Of a stretch of DNA of 64,000 bases, positions 49,336-59,651 are shown in pieces. Position 1 is the stretch's first letter. Each line of letters starts with the position of its first letter. The notes under the pieces were generated by a model that was not told the origin of the DNA, searched no databases, and was given only the letters and a program-made list of their open reading frames with translations. The stretch comes from Patescibacteria group bacterium (GTDB lineage Bacteria; Patescibacteriota; UBA1384; JBBRAU01): assembly GCA_038206475.1 (NCBI GenBank), contig JBBRAU010000001.1, positions 71,235-135,234 on the forward strand, read 5' to 3'. Position numbers and translations under genes: made by a program.

Positions 49336-52300
49336 ATGTCCACTAACAATAAATACCATCTTGTTTCTGAAAATACGCAAAGCACCGTTGTGGCCGAATT
49401 TGCACCAGACGGCGTTCGTGTGGCGCACTATCAAAGCGAAGCAGAACTAGAAAAAGCGCTTATTCAGCAGCTTGAAACACAGGCATATGAATACGTGGCC
49501 ATTGCTACTGAAGCCGACTTGGTGGCGAACCTGAGAAAACAGCTAGAGAAACTGAACAATTTTACGTTTGGCGATAGCGAATGGGAACATTTCTTTACTG
49601 GCGAACTTGCCAACCCGAATCAGAGTATTGAAGAAAAGACAGCGACTATTCAAGAGGACTACATTAAAAACCTTACGCGCGATGACGGCACAATCAAAAA
49701 TGTGTACTTGTTAAAAAAAGACAACATTCATAATAATAGCTTGCAGGTTACCAATCAGTACGCCACAGAAGACGGTATGCGGGCTAATCGCTACGATGTG
49801 ACAGTGCTTGTGAATGGTCTGCCAATGGTGCACATCGAGCTAAAACGGCGCGGTATAGCCATTCAAGAGGCCTTCAATCAGATTAATCGCTATCAGCGCG
49901 AAAGTTTTTGGGCGGCCAGTGGGCTATTCGAATATGTGCAGTTGTTTATTATTTCCAATGGTACTCACACCAAATACTACAGCAACACCACGCGTAAAGA
50001 ACACATTAAAGATGCAAGCGAAGGCGCGGCGAAACAAGGCAAGCGCTCAAGCAACAGTTTTGAATTTACAAACTGGTGGGCCGACGCCACTAACCGGCCA
50101 ATTTCCGATCTAATGGATTTTGCCCAGACCTTTTTTGCCAAACACACGCTTCTTAATATCCTCACTCGTTACTGCGTATTTACGACCGATCGACAGCTTC
50201 TGGTGATGCGCCCATATCAAATTGTGGCAACCGAACGAATACTGAACCGCATTGAGGTGAGTACAAATTATAAGCAGCTCGGCACCATAGAAGCCGGTGG
50301 GTATGTATGGCACACCACTGGGTCAGGGAAAACTCTGACAAGCTTCAAAACAGCCCTACAGGTGAGCAAACTGGCGTATGTAGACAAAGTGGTGTTTGTG
50401 GTTGACCGCAAAGATTTAGACTACCAAACTATGCGCGAATACGACAAGTTCGAGAAAGGCGCAGCCAACAGCAACACCTCGACGGCGGTATTAAAACGAC
50501 AGTTGGAAAATCCGCAAGCCCGAATCATTATCACAACCATTCAAAAGCTCGATCATTTCGTAAGCCGCAACGCCGGACACCGTATTTTTGACGGTCACGT
50601 CGTACTTATTTTTGACGAATGCCATCGCTCACAGTTTGGTGATATGCACGCCGCAATCACAAAGGCCTTCAAGAATTACCACATTTTCGGTTTTACGGGC
50701 ACGCCAATTTTTGCGGTCAACGCGTCCTCTGGAGGCCGTCCAGATTTCAAAACGACCGAGCAGGCCTTTGGCGATAAATTGCACACGTACACCATTGTAG
50801 ACGCGATTGCCGACAAAAATGTTCTACCGTTTAAGGTGGATTATGTTTCTACGGTTCGTGAAGCCGAGGATATTGAAGATAAAAAAGTAAGCGATATTGA
50901 TCGCGAGGCAGTGCTCGCTTCTCCAGAGCGTCTGGCGAATATTGTCGGTTATATTCGTGAGCATTTTGATCAAAAAACGAAGCGCAATAGCTTCTACAAA
51001 CTGAAAGACCGGCGGTTGGCCGGCTTTAATTCTCTCTTTGCCGTTTCGTCAATTGATGTCGCTAAGAAGTACTATGTTGAGTTCAAGCGTCAGCTCGCCG
51101 ACGCGCCAAGTGATAAGCGTCTCAAAATAGCGACCATATTCAGCTTTGGTGTCAATGACGATGATGCCGACGGTATGCTAGATGAAAACTCAGATGACAC
51201 GAGCGGGCTAGACGCAAGTTCACGGGACTTTTTGGAACATGCTATCGCTGACTATAATGCGATTTTTGGGACTTCGTACGACACGTCGTCCGACAAATTT
51301 TCCAATTATTACAAAGATGTGAGCTTGCGCGTTAAAGGCCGCGAGATTGATATTTTGATCGTCGTCAACATGTTTTTAACTGGCTTTGATGCAACAACGC
51401 TTAACACACTCTGGGTTGATAAAAACTTGCGACTTCACGGCCTATTGCAAGCTTTCTCGCGGACAAACCGTATTCTCAACAGCGTAAAGACTTTTGGCCA
51501 TATCGTGTGCTTCCGCAATTTAGAAAAGGCAACGAATGAATCAATTGCGCTTTTTGGTGATAAAGAAGCCAGAGGCGTTGTATTGCTAAAATCATATGCT
51601 GAATACTACGGGGGTTACGTGCACGGTGATAAGGCGGTGCTTGGCTATGCAAATCTCGTCGCTGAGCTGCTTGAGAAGTATCCTATTGGGCAGGCTATTA
51701 TTGGCGAACAAAGTCAAAAGCATTTTATCAGACTATATGGCGCAATTTTGCGTGTGCGGAACATTTTGACGACATTTGATGAATTTGTGGGCAACGAAAT
51801 TTTGACCGCGCGTGATGTGCAAGACTACCACAGCATGTACATTGACCTCTATAACGAATTTAGCAAAGGCGTGGAAGACGACAAAGAGAACATTATCGAT
51901 GACGTCGTATTTGAGATGGAACTGATCAAACAGATTGAAATAAATATTGACTACATTTTGGGGCTCATCAAACACTATCATGAAGATCATACTCAAAACC
52001 GTGAGCTTTTGGCGGATATCAACAAAGCAATCGACTCAAGTATTGAACTGCGAAACAAAAAGGATCTTATTAATCAATTTATTTTATCGCTCGACATACA
52101 CTCAGTGGTTGATGATGATTGGCAGAAGTTTGTCAACCAGAAAAAGACGGAAGAACTTGAGCAAATTATTGAGACCGAAGGGCTGGATCGCGATGCCACC
52201 TATACGTTTGTGCGAAACGCCTTCCGCGACGGAGGCGTAATGGTGACCGGCACAGACATCTCTCGTGTTCTGCCTCCGGTATCTCGCTTTTTAGCAACCG

Positions 52301-52395
52301 GCGAGCGTTCTGAGAAACGCAATAGCGTGCTCAATAAATTAACGAGTTTCTTTGAGCGATTCTTCGATATCTCCGGCGGTTCATTCACGGACTAG
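49336..52395 (+). CDS. hsdR: Type I R-M restriction subunit
   Basis: RYDVTVLVNGLPMVHIELK, HTTGSGKT, DECHRS, FTGTP, MFLTGFD, QAFSRTNR. Confidence 0.97.
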   Translation: MSTNNKYHLVSENTQSTVVAEFAPDGVRVAHYQSEAELEKALIQQLETQAYEYVAIATEADLVANLRKQLEKLNNFTFGDSEWEHFFTGELANPNQSIEEKTATIQEDYIKNLTRDDGTIKNVYLLKKDNIHNNSLQVTNQYATEDGMRANRYDVTVLVNGLPMVHIELKRRGIAIQEAFNQINRYQRESFWAASGLFEYVQLFIISNGTHTKYYSNTTRKEHIKDASEGAAKQGKRSSNSFEFTNWWADATNRPISDLMDFAQTFFAKHTLLNILTRYCVFTTDRQLLVMRPYQIVATERILNRIEVSTNYKQLGTIEAGGYVWHTTGSGKTLTSFKTALQVSKLAYVDKVVFVVDRKDLDYQTMREYDKFEKGAANSNTSTAVLKRQLENPQARIIITTIQKLDHFVSRNAGHRIFDGHVVLIFDECHRSQFGDMHAAITKAFKNYHIFGFTGTPIFAVNASSGGRPDFKTTEQAFGDKLHTYTIVDAIADKNVLPFKVDYVSTVREAEDIEDKKVSDIDREAVLASPERLANIVGYIREHFDQKTKRNSFYKLKDRRLAGFNSLFAVSSIDVAKKYYVEFKRQLADAPSDKRLKIATIFSFGVNDDDADGMLDENSDDTSGLDASSRDFLEHAIADYNAIFGTSYDTSSDKFSNYYKDVSLRVKGREIDILIVVNMFLTGFDATTLNTLWVDKNLRLHGLLQAFSRTNRILNSVKTFGHIVCFRNLEKATNESIALFGDKEARGVVLLKSYAEYYGGYVHGDKAVLGYANLVAELLEKYPIGQAIIGEQSQKHFIRLYGAILRVRNILTTFDEFVGNEILTARDVQDYHSMYIDLYNEFSKGVEDDKENIIDDVVFEMELIKQIEINIDYILGLIKHYHEDHTQNRELLADINKAIDSSIELRNKKDLINQFILSLDIHSVVDDDWQKFVNQKKTEELEQIIETEGLDRDATYTFVRNAFRDGGVMVTGTDISRVLPPVSRFLATGERSEKRNSVLNKLTSFFERFFDISGGSFTD

Positions 52396-52505
52396 CCAAA
52401 GTCACCATACGTAAATGGCAAGAGTAGGGTTTGGGCATCTTGGAAAAATAGCTACTCTAAAGCGCGTTTTTTGACACTCTGCTCGCGCCTTGCTTGAGTG
52501 AAGTT

Positions 52506-55451
52506 ATGCCAGACGACCTCGTTCAACAAGTAAAGCAACGCCTTGACATCCTTGACTTGGTCCAAGGCTATGTTCAGTTGAAAAAAACCGGCATTAACTG
52601 GAAGGGCCTCTGCCCGTTCCACCAAGAGAAAACGCCGTCGTTTACCGTCAACCAAGAACGTCAGAGCTGGCACTGTTTTGGCTGCTTCCCGAAGGGTTCT
52701 CATGTAAAAACTCCAAGAGGTTTTTGCGATATTGACCAACTTCGAGCAGGAGACGTTGTTATCTCGGGGAAAGGGCAGGAAAAGTCCGTACTCACGACGC
52801 ATCGTCATATGTATAAGGGCGAGCTCGTCCGTATTTCTTTATGCAAGCTTGGTGGCGAAGTGGCGCTAACCGGGGATCATAAAGTATTCGCTTTACGCGG
52901 AGCGCCTTACACCAAAATCTATAAAAACTTCAGCCGACGCTTGAAGCGCTACCAACAACTGCCAGCGGACCAATATCGACAAAAGCTCGACCGCTACTTC
53001 CCTGTCGAAAAAGTGGAGGCACACGAGTTAACGATTGGCGATTTGTTATTATATCCAATCTCCTACAGGACCGAACCAATCTCTTCGCTAGTCCCTTGTG
53101 ACCATTTAACAAAAACATTCCGTCTTGGGCCGAAACCGAGTGATTTACCAAAAGAGCTCCCGATTACTGACAGTCTACTGAAATTACTCGGATACTATAT
53201 TGCTGAGGGTAGTAACCATCGTGCCTACATTCGATTTAGCCTCGGTGGCCATGAGCTGAAACTCGCTAAAGAGATTCAAGTCTTGCTCAAAGAAGTGTTT
53301 GGCCTGGTCTCTAGCATCCACGTTCGCCAAGGAGGCAAGCCCGGGATAGAGGTTACGTGCTGTCACGCTGCGCTAGCCGATATTTTTGGCAACTTGTGTG
53401 GCAAAGGGGCGGCCAATAAACACATCCCTTTTGAGCTTCGGCACTTGCCAGTAGGCCAACAGCAGGTGCTGCTTAACGCCATCTGGACGGGTGACGGTAC
53501 TGCTCGTGCTAAACATCGGTCACTTAAAATTGAACGCTCAATCGGCAGTATTTCGCAGACACTGGCCGAGCAAATAGTTGATATCTTGCTGCGCAGGCAT
53601 ATCTTTCCCTCGCTTCAGGTTATCCAAGCACATACGAGCGGCGATGGCGTCAAACACAGAATGGCCTACACTGTTGTTTGGGGAGAGGCTGGTGAGGATA
53701 AATACAATAGTGTCTACCAAGCGGCGGGCGGTACTCATTATTGGGTGTTGCCAGTTGTCCATATAGCAAAAGAACCCTTCTGCGACGAGGTGTTCAACCT
53801 GACGATTGAGGATGACCATTCGTATGTCGCGCGCAATTTCGCGGTTGCCAACTGCGGCGAGGGCGGGGACATTTTTACCTTTGTCGAAAAGATTGAACAC
53901 GTTGAATTTAAAGAGGCGCTGGAGCTGCTGGCTGGCCGGGTTGGGCTGGAGGTCAAACCGCAAACGCCGGTTGAGCGTCAGCAGAAGGGCGAAAAGGCGA
54001 AACTTGAGGAGCTATACCAGCTGGCCAGCCGCTTCTACCACGCGTTGCTCATTAACCATCCGCTTGGCCAAGCTGCCCGCGATTACCTCGCCAAGCGGGG
54101 TGTTTCAGCTGAGTCGGTCAAAGCGTGGCAATTGGGTGTGGCGCCCGACCACTGGGACGCCCTGCTCTCGGCACTGCAAAAGCGCGGTTTCACGGCCGAT
54201 GAGTTGGTCAAGGCCGGATTGGCCGTCAAAAATGAGCGCGGCAACATTTATGACCGCTTTCGGAACCGCTTGTTGTTCCCGATTATCACCGCCAGCGGCC
54301 AACCGGTCGCTTTCTCTGGCCGGGTGATAACGGCTGATCAAGAACCCAAATACTTAAACTCGCCTGAGAGCCTGCTCTATCGCAAGAGCAGTGTTGTGAT
54401 GGGACTGAATTTAGCCAAAGAGGCAATTCGGAAGGCCGGCCAAGTAATGGTGGTCGAAGGCAATTTAGATGTCCTTATTTGCCAGCAGTTTGGCCTGACC
54501 AACACCGTCGCTACCGGCGGCACGGCGCTAACGTCTGACCACCTGCGCTTACTGGCTCGCTACGCCCCAGTCGTTATTTTTGCCTTTGATGCGGACGCCG
54601 CCGGCCAGAAAGCGGCTGAAAAGGCGGCGCTGTTGGCGCTAGAGGTGGGCCTGGAGCCACGCTTCATTGCCTTGCCGGCCGGAGATGACCCAGACTCGCT
54701 GCTACGCCGGGATGAAGCCGCCTTCCGCCAGGCTATGGCTGCCGCTCTGCCGGCCGTGCCGTACTTTTTAGAACGGGCGCTCAATGAGTATGGCCAGGCT
54801 ACCGCACAAGCCAAAAAGCAGGTGGCGGCAGCGGTGGTGCCGTTGCTCCGCCGCATACACGATCCAGTCGAGCAGGCGGATTCATTGCAGCAGGTGGCCG
54901 ACCGACTGCATGTGCCACGAGAGGCCATAGAGAGTGCTGTTTCAGCTGAGACGAAGGCAAAAACGACCGTTCCGGTGGTAGCGGCGACCGCCCGCCGCGG
55001 TCCGCTCGAGCCAAGCCAGCGCTTGTTTGGCCTGCTGCTGCTCTCGGAACGGCCACTGCCACCGCTTGACCCACTGCTACAGGATAGTCCAGACAAAACG
55101 CTGCAGTTTTTGCAGGCTCGGCAGGCAGAGGGGATTGGCGACAAGATGAGTTGGGCGACGTGGCAGGCCAAGCAACCGCAGCCAATCCAGGCGCGTTTGG
55201 CCTCACTGCTGACCGTGGCGGCCGAAGCCTACGGTGAGTTGCCACAGGAGCAGTTCGAGGCTGAAATTACGCTGCTTTTGGCGGCGCTGCGTTCCCGGGT
55301 TCTTGAGCACCAGCAATCGGACCGCCAGGCCGAAATTCGGCTGGCCGAGCAGGCGGGCGACAAGGCGCGCGTACGCTCACTGCTGCAAGAGATGATGGAT
55401 GATTTGGTCATGCCCCCACCGGCCAGCGCGGATCCTCGTCAAAAAACATAA
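52506..55451 (+). CDS. dnaG: DNA primase with LAGLIDADG intein
   Basis: CPFHQEKTPSF..HCFG/intein/CGEGG, DRFRNRL, PKYLNSPES, VEG..D, FDADAAG, DPD. Confidence 0.95.
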   Translation: MPDDLVQQVKQRLDILDLVQGYVQLKKTGINWKGLCPFHQEKTPSFTVNQERQSWHCFGCFPKGSHVKTPRGFCDIDQLRAGDVVISGKGQEKSVLTTHRHMYKGELVRISLCKLGGEVALTGDHKVFALRGAPYTKIYKNFSRRLKRYQQLPADQYRQKLDRYFPVEKVEAHELTIGDLLLYPISYRTEPISSLVPCDHLTKTFRLGPKPSDLPKELPITDSLLKLLGYYIAEGSNHRAYIRFSLGGHELKLAKEIQVLLKEVFGLVSSIHVRQGGKPGIEVTCCHAALADIFGNLCGKGAANKHIPFELRHLPVGQQQVLLNAIWTGDGTARAKHRSLKIERSIGSISQTLAEQIVDILLRRHIFPSLQVIQAHTSGDGVKHRMAYTVVWGEAGEDKYNSVYQAAGGTHYWVLPVVHIAKEPFCDEVFNLTIEDDHSYVARNFAVANCGEGGDIFTFVEKIEHVEFKEALELLAGRVGLEVKPQTPVERQQKGEKAKLEELYQLASRFYHALLINHPLGQAARDYLAKRGVSAESVKAWQLGVAPDHWDALLSALQKRGFTADELVKAGLAVKNERGNIYDRFRNRLLFPIITASGQPVAFSGRVITADQEPKYLNSPESLLYRKSSVVMGLNLAKEAIRKAGQVMVVEGNLDVLICQQFGLTNTVATGGTALTSDHLRLLARYAPVVIFAFDADAAGQKAAEKAALLALEVGLEPRFIALPAGDDPDSLLRRDEAAFRQAMAAALPAVPYFLERALNEYGQATAQAKKQVAAAVVPLLRRIHDPVEQADSLQQVADRLHVPREAIESAVSAETKAKTTVPVVAATARRGPLEPSQRLFGLLLLSERPLPPLDPLLQDSPDKTLQFLQARQAEGIGDKMSWATWQAKQPQPIQARLASLLTVAAEAYGELPQEQFEAEITLLLAALRSRVLEHQQSDRQAEIRLAEQAGDKARVRSLLQEMMDDLVMPPPASADPRQKT
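52683..53852 (+). mobile_element. 390-aa intein with LAGLIDADG homing endonuclease
   Basis: Starts CFPKGSHV, block B LTGDHKV, LLGYYIAEGS and AIWTGDG, ends VFNLTIEDDHSYVARNFAVAN before Cys+1. Confidence 0.93.
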
Positions 55452-55533
55452 TTTGTGGTAGTATGAAATTGAATAGCAATAGGCGCTCAACAACTAGGCG
55501 CCGGCACCTCTGTGTCGGCAATTGCGAGGCTAC

Positions 55534-56673
55534 GTGACCAAAAAAGTCATTCGTATACAAAAAGAGGATCGGCCAGACTTTCCGGATGGGGTTTTAGAGT
55601 TAGTGGACAAAGGCCGTGGCAGCGGTTTTGTGACGCTGCAGGAGTTGCAGCAAGCCTGGCCTGAGCCAGAATCTGACCTAAATCTTTTGGACGATATTTT
55701 CAACTATCTGTTTGAAAAAGGGGTTGAGGTGCGCGACACGGCGGTTGATGAAGTGGGGTTATTGAGAAGCCAGGCAAAGAATGAAAATATCTCGCGCCTG
55801 TCATTGAAAGATCAGCTCAAAGAGCAAAGTGACGATTTGCGCGATATCTCGGACGACTCAGTGCGTATGTACTTGCGTGAAATCGGCCGCATTCCGCTTC
55901 TTACCGCCGAGGATGAAATTCGATTGGCCAAGCGTATTGCCAAAGGCGACAAAGTGGCCAAGCGGAAGCTGGCCGAAGCTAATTTGCGCTTGGTTGTCTC
56001 CATCGCTAAAAAATACATTGGCCGCGGGTTGGGCCTCTTGGACTTGGTGCAAGAGGGCAACACCGGCCTGCTGCGCGCGGTTGAGAAGTTTGACTACCGA
56101 AAGGGCTACAAATTCTCTACCTATGCCACCTGGTGGGTGCGCCAGGCCATCACGCGGGCTATTGCCGACCAAGCCCGCACCATTCGCATTCCGGTACACA
56201 TGATTGAAACGATCAACAAGCTCATTCGCACCCAGCGTCAGCTGGTGCAAGACCTTGGCCGCGAGCCGCTGCCCGAGGAGATTGCCGCCGAGATGGGCGT
56301 GGATGTTGACAAGGTAGAGCACATCTTAAAAATCTCGCAAGAGACGGTTTCGCTGGAGGCGCCGGTGGGTGAGGAGGAGGACTCCAAGCTGGCTGACTTT
56401 ATTCAAGATACCGAGAGTCTGTCGCCTGAGGAGTCGGCCATCTATCAGCTGCTCAAGGACCATGTTGCCGAGTCGCTGCAGAACCTGTCACCGCGTGAGC
56501 AAAAAATTCTGCGTATGCGCTTTGGCCTGGACGACGGCAAAAGCCACACACTTGAGGAAGTTGGCCAAGAGTTTGGCGTCACGCGTGAGCGCATTCGCCA
56601 AATTGAAGCCAAGGCGCTGCAGAAGTTGAAAAAGCACGAAACGGCCAAAAACCTCAAAGACTACCTGGACTAA
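55534..56673 (+). CDS. rpoD: RNA polymerase sigma factor RpoD
   Basis: [49 protein letters not shown]. Confidence 0.97.
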   Translation: MTKKVIRIQKEDRPDFPDGVLELVDKGRGSGFVTLQELQQAWPEPESDLNLLDDIFNYLFEKGVEVRDTAVDEVGLLRSQAKNENISRLSLKDQLKEQSDDLRDISDDSVRMYLREIGRIPLLTAEDEIRLAKRIAKGDKVAKRKLAEANLRLVVSIAKKYIGRGLGLLDLVQEGNTGLLRAVEKFDYRKGYKFSTYATWWVRQAITRAIADQARTIRIPVHMIETINKLIRTQRQLVQDLGREPLPEEIAAEMGVDVDKVEHILKISQETVSLEAPVGEEEDSKLADFIQDTESLSPEESAIYQLLKDHVAESLQNLSPREQKILRMRFGLDDGKSHTLEEVGQEFGVTRERIRQIEAKALQKLKKHETAKNLKDYLD

Positions 56674-56685
56674 CCTAGCGGTAGG

Positions 56686-56715
56686 AAAAATCGAGCCGGA
56701 GGGCTCGATTTTTTG
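56686..56715 (+). terminator. Intrinsic terminator after rpoD
   Basis: AAAAATCGAGCC-GGAG-GGCTCGATTTTTT. Confidence 0.85.
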
Positions 56716-56744
56716 TGCCTGTTATGCTAATTTGGGCATATTGT

Positions 56745-56819
56745 TCCTGGGTAGCTCAATGGCAGAGCGGCTGGCTGTTAACCAGCGGGTTGTCGGTTCG
56801 AGTCCGACCCCAGGAGCCA
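56745..56819 (+). tRNA. tRNA-Asn(GTT)
   Basis: TCCTGGG acceptor, GCTGG-CTGTTAA-CCAGC, GGTTCGAGTCC, GCCA. Confidence 0.95.
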
Positions 56820-56956
56820 AAACAATGCAGGCGTAGCCTGTTTTTGTTTTGGCTCCTGGGGGACAGGAGTTGAACTGCCGCATGGCGGTTCGGTCGTGAG
56901 CGGAGTGAACGGGGGTACCCTGCGTAGCCAGGGGTCTGTCCGACCCCAGGAGCCAA
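56820..56956 (+). mobile_element. tRNA-linked structured mini-element ending in duplicated tRNA-Asn 3' end
   Basis: GTCCGACCCCAGGAGCCAA at 56802-56820 repeated at 56938-56956; internal antisense copy; core shared with 41928-42081; mobility is inferred. Confidence 0.65.
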
Positions 56957-57021
56957 TACCGAGATTTAGAAGATTAAGCATCGCGGCCCTTGACGCAATG
57001 CTGATTGTAGTATTTTATGGA

Positions 57022-58743
57022 TTATCCGAAGGTGAAGGCAAAAGCCTCAATGCTTGGACTTTCGAAGATAAGGGTAAGGACGTGCCAGTCTCCCGCAGTC
57101 TTCAAATGAATTAGGTGGTACAGTCGATCTTCGGAAATCTGGAAGTTGCCATTTTTGACGTCGGCTCCGCCCGAAGCACCCGCTGCCTTGCCATCAAGCA
57201 GTACCCGCACGGTGGCGGAAACGCCGTTTTGCGGCTTCATAACCAAATAAACGTCTTTACCGGTAAAATGGAATGAGAGCGAATCTCCGGATGCGCTGGA
57301 AGTAATAGAGTCGGTTCCGCTTTGCCAGTTTCCAGAAAGGCCCCATTCGTTATTGCCAAGTTTCAGCGGATTAGTTTCCGATGAGTACCTATCCCGGCGC
57401 GCCAAACCCAAATAGGTTTCTGGAGACTGCTGTTCATGGGGAGTGGTATCGGACAGCTTTGGTGCCATGGAGGGCAGGGCGGAAACCTTGGCCTCTTTCA
57501 GAAGTGAGCGGATGTTGGCCTCAGTTTCGTCATAATTTCCCTCGCCGAAATGGGTAGCCCGCACCTGCCCCTTGGCGTCAATCAGGTACTCGGCCGGCCA
57601 ATACTGGTTGTCGTAGGCTTTCCACGTAGCAAAGTCATTGTCCTGGGCTACCGGATAGTGAATTGCGTACTGCTTGATGGCCGCTGCAAGGTTTTTGCTC
57701 TCCTTTTCGAAGGCGAACTCTGGTGAGTGTACACCCACCACCACAAAGCCCTGATCTTTGTAGGTATCGTACCAGTTGGTTATGTGTGGAAGGGTTCTAA
57801 TGCAGTTAATGCAGGAATAGGTCCAGAAATCGACCAATACTACCTTGCCTCTCAGACTTTCTACAGTGAGTGGCTTACTATTCAGCCAGCCGGTGATGCC
57901 GGAGAATTCGGGAGCTTTCCCCAGCACTGGCAGGCCTGAGGAGGCTCCGTTGATGATTTGTGAAGTGCTGGGCATGGCATTGTCGTCATTACTTTTTAAT
58001 TTTTTCAACTGACCTTTCACCAAATCGCCTTGCTCCAACTGCTGGGTTAAGCCGGAGCTAATGCTGCTTGGCAGCTTGGCCAATAAACTCGTTTGTAGCG
58101 TTCGGTCAAGGCCGAAGAGCATTGCAATTGCCGTGAACACCATGATGGCTCCAAACACCATTTGTACTTTTGGTATTGACTTATTGACTGAGCGCATGCG
58201 GCGCAATAAGCCTTGGCCGCCGTAGGTAAGAATCAAAAGCGGAATGCTAACGCCCAGCGCGTAGGCCTCGGTAATTAAAACTGAAGCAAGGGTTACAGTG
58301 CTGGAAGCGGCCAAGGATATAACTGAGGCGACAATAGGCCCAACGCAAGGCGTCCACACTAAGCCAAGGCTGACGCCAATAACGAATCCGCCTAAAAAAT
58401 CGCTGCGCTTGGAATCTATTTTCACCTGAGGAATACGGCTGCTCACCCAAGCTTCAAACGCCGCAAGCAATTTGGGCACGAGAAGCATGACGCCAAAAAC
58501 CAGAATTACGATGATGGCGAATAAGCGAAGGCCATCAGGGCTTATCCCCAGATGCCGTGTTAGCCAGCTAAGAGAAAGGGTAAAAAAGGTAAAGCTCAAG
58601 ACCAGCCCGGTTACAATACCAAGAGGCCGTTGTTTGCCGCCGCTAATCCCGGCTGAAAGCACTATCGGTAGGACCGGCAGGATGCAAGGGGCGAATATGG
58701 TGGCAATTCCGGCCAGGAACGCGAAAAGGATAAGTAAGGGCAT
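57022..58743 (-). CDS. dipZ: DipZ (CcdA/DsbD + thioredoxin domain) protein
   Basis: APCILPVLP, WTPCVGP, LVDFWTYSCINC, GVHSPEF, YWPAEY. Confidence 0.92.
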   Translation of the reverse strand: MPLLILFAFLAGIATIFAPCILPVLPIVLSAGISGGKQRPLGIVTGLVLSFTFFTLSLSWLTRHLGISPDGLRLFAIIVILVFGVMLLVPKLLAAFEAWVSSRIPQVKIDSKRSDFLGGFVIGVSLGLVWTPCVGPIVASVISLAASSTVTLASVLITEAYALGVSIPLLILTYGGQGLLRRMRSVNKSIPKVQMVFGAIMVFTAIAMLFGLDRTLQTSLLAKLPSSISSGLTQQLEQGDLVKGQLKKLKSNDDNAMPSTSQIINGASSGLPVLGKAPEFSGITGWLNSKPLTVESLRGKVVLVDFWTYSCINCIRTLPHITNWYDTYKDQGFVVVGVHSPEFAFEKESKNLAAAIKQYAIHYPVAQDNDFATWKAYDNQYWPAEYLIDAKGQVRATHFGEGNYDETEANIRSLLKEAKVSALPSMAPKLSDTTPHEQQSPETYLGLARRDRYSSETNPLKLGNNEWGLSGNWQSGTDSITSSASGDSLSFHFTGKDVYLVMKPQNGVSATVRVLLDGKAAGASGGADVKNGNFQISEDRLYHLIHLKTAGDWHVLTLIFESPSIEAFAFTFG

Positions 58744-58746
58744 GGA

Positions 58747-59283
58747 TTAAAAGGTCAGAACGTCGTCATAGGTGGAAAGCACCTCTTGTTTCAGGGTCTT
58801 TCCTTGAGCATCTATTCGTACAAAAGCGGTCTGGTGGGTAATAGCGTACTTTTTCTTCAAATCCTTTTATTGGTCGTAGTCCACCTTGACAATAACCGTG
58901 TTAGCACCAAGTTTTGAGAGATCATCGGTATTTTCCAGCTTTTTCTGGATGGCCTGGCAGTCAGGGCACCAGGAAGCATCGAAGAAGTAGACAACGTCTT
59001 TACCGTGGTCTTTGACTAAGGCTTGGACGTTCGCTTCCGAAGTATAAGAAATGAAAACAGCCCCAGTATCCTTTTTTATAGCCATAGTCTCTTGCTCTTT
59101 TTCTTTCATCATTATTACTTCATCAGCAGTGGCGGTTGGTGCGATTTCCTTTTGCATCGGTTTTTCTGACTTCATCATGATATCGGTAGCATTTCTATTG
59201 AAAAGACTGGATTGGTTTGCATAGACTGTACCTGCCACAATTACTACGAGAGCTACAACTGTTGGAACGAAGTATTTGTTCAT
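58747..59283 (-). pseudogene. Thioredoxin-like exported protein interrupted by an in-frame TAA
   Basis: FDASWCPDC; VKVDYDQ-stop(58867-58869)-KDLKKKYAITHQTAFVRIDAQG..LTF-stop(58747). Confidence 0.8.
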
Positions 59284-59294
59284 GTTCTCCTTGG

Positions 59295-59651
59295 TTACTT
59301 ATATCGATGGTACAAAAAGGCGAACAATCGGCCTGTTGCAGCCAAGCCTAGCACCGTCCAAAAGGCCATAGCCAGCTCGGAGTGGGGATAAAATATTGTT
59401 GCTGCCAGCAGACCGGCAATGACTATGTAGAGAGCAGCACTATCAGACTCAAGCTGCAGCAGATGCTCGCGCTCGTCCTTCTCACCGGCACTCACTACTT
59501 TCGTCAGAACGACCAGCAGCAAAATGAGAGCTGCTGAGACGACTGATGTTGGTCCCATGCCGAAATGTGGGGCGAACAGACGCTCTAATAAATAGATAAG
59601 CACACCGAATATGATGAGGCCGGCTAATTTTAAAGGGGCATTCGCTTTCAT
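59295..59651 (-). CDS. Small membrane protein with DERE motif (DUF2178-like)
   Basis: Four hydrophobic segments, KDERE; coupled to HTH gene. Confidence 0.65.
   Translation of the reverse strand: MKANAPLKLAGLIIFGVLIYLLERLFAPHFGMGPTSVVSAALILLLVVLTKVVSAGEKDEREHLLQLESDSAALYIVIAGLLAATIFYPHSELAMAFWTVLGLAATGRLFAFLYHRYK

Noticed and set aside
52396-52500. attR duplicate of the tRNA-Arg(CCG) 3' end bounding the R-M island
   Set aside because: No CAGGCGTACCA-like copy found
58867-58869. Stop-codon reassignment explaining the internal stop
   Set aside because: The codon is TAA, and TAA, TAG and TGA all end conserved genes at expected positions in this window
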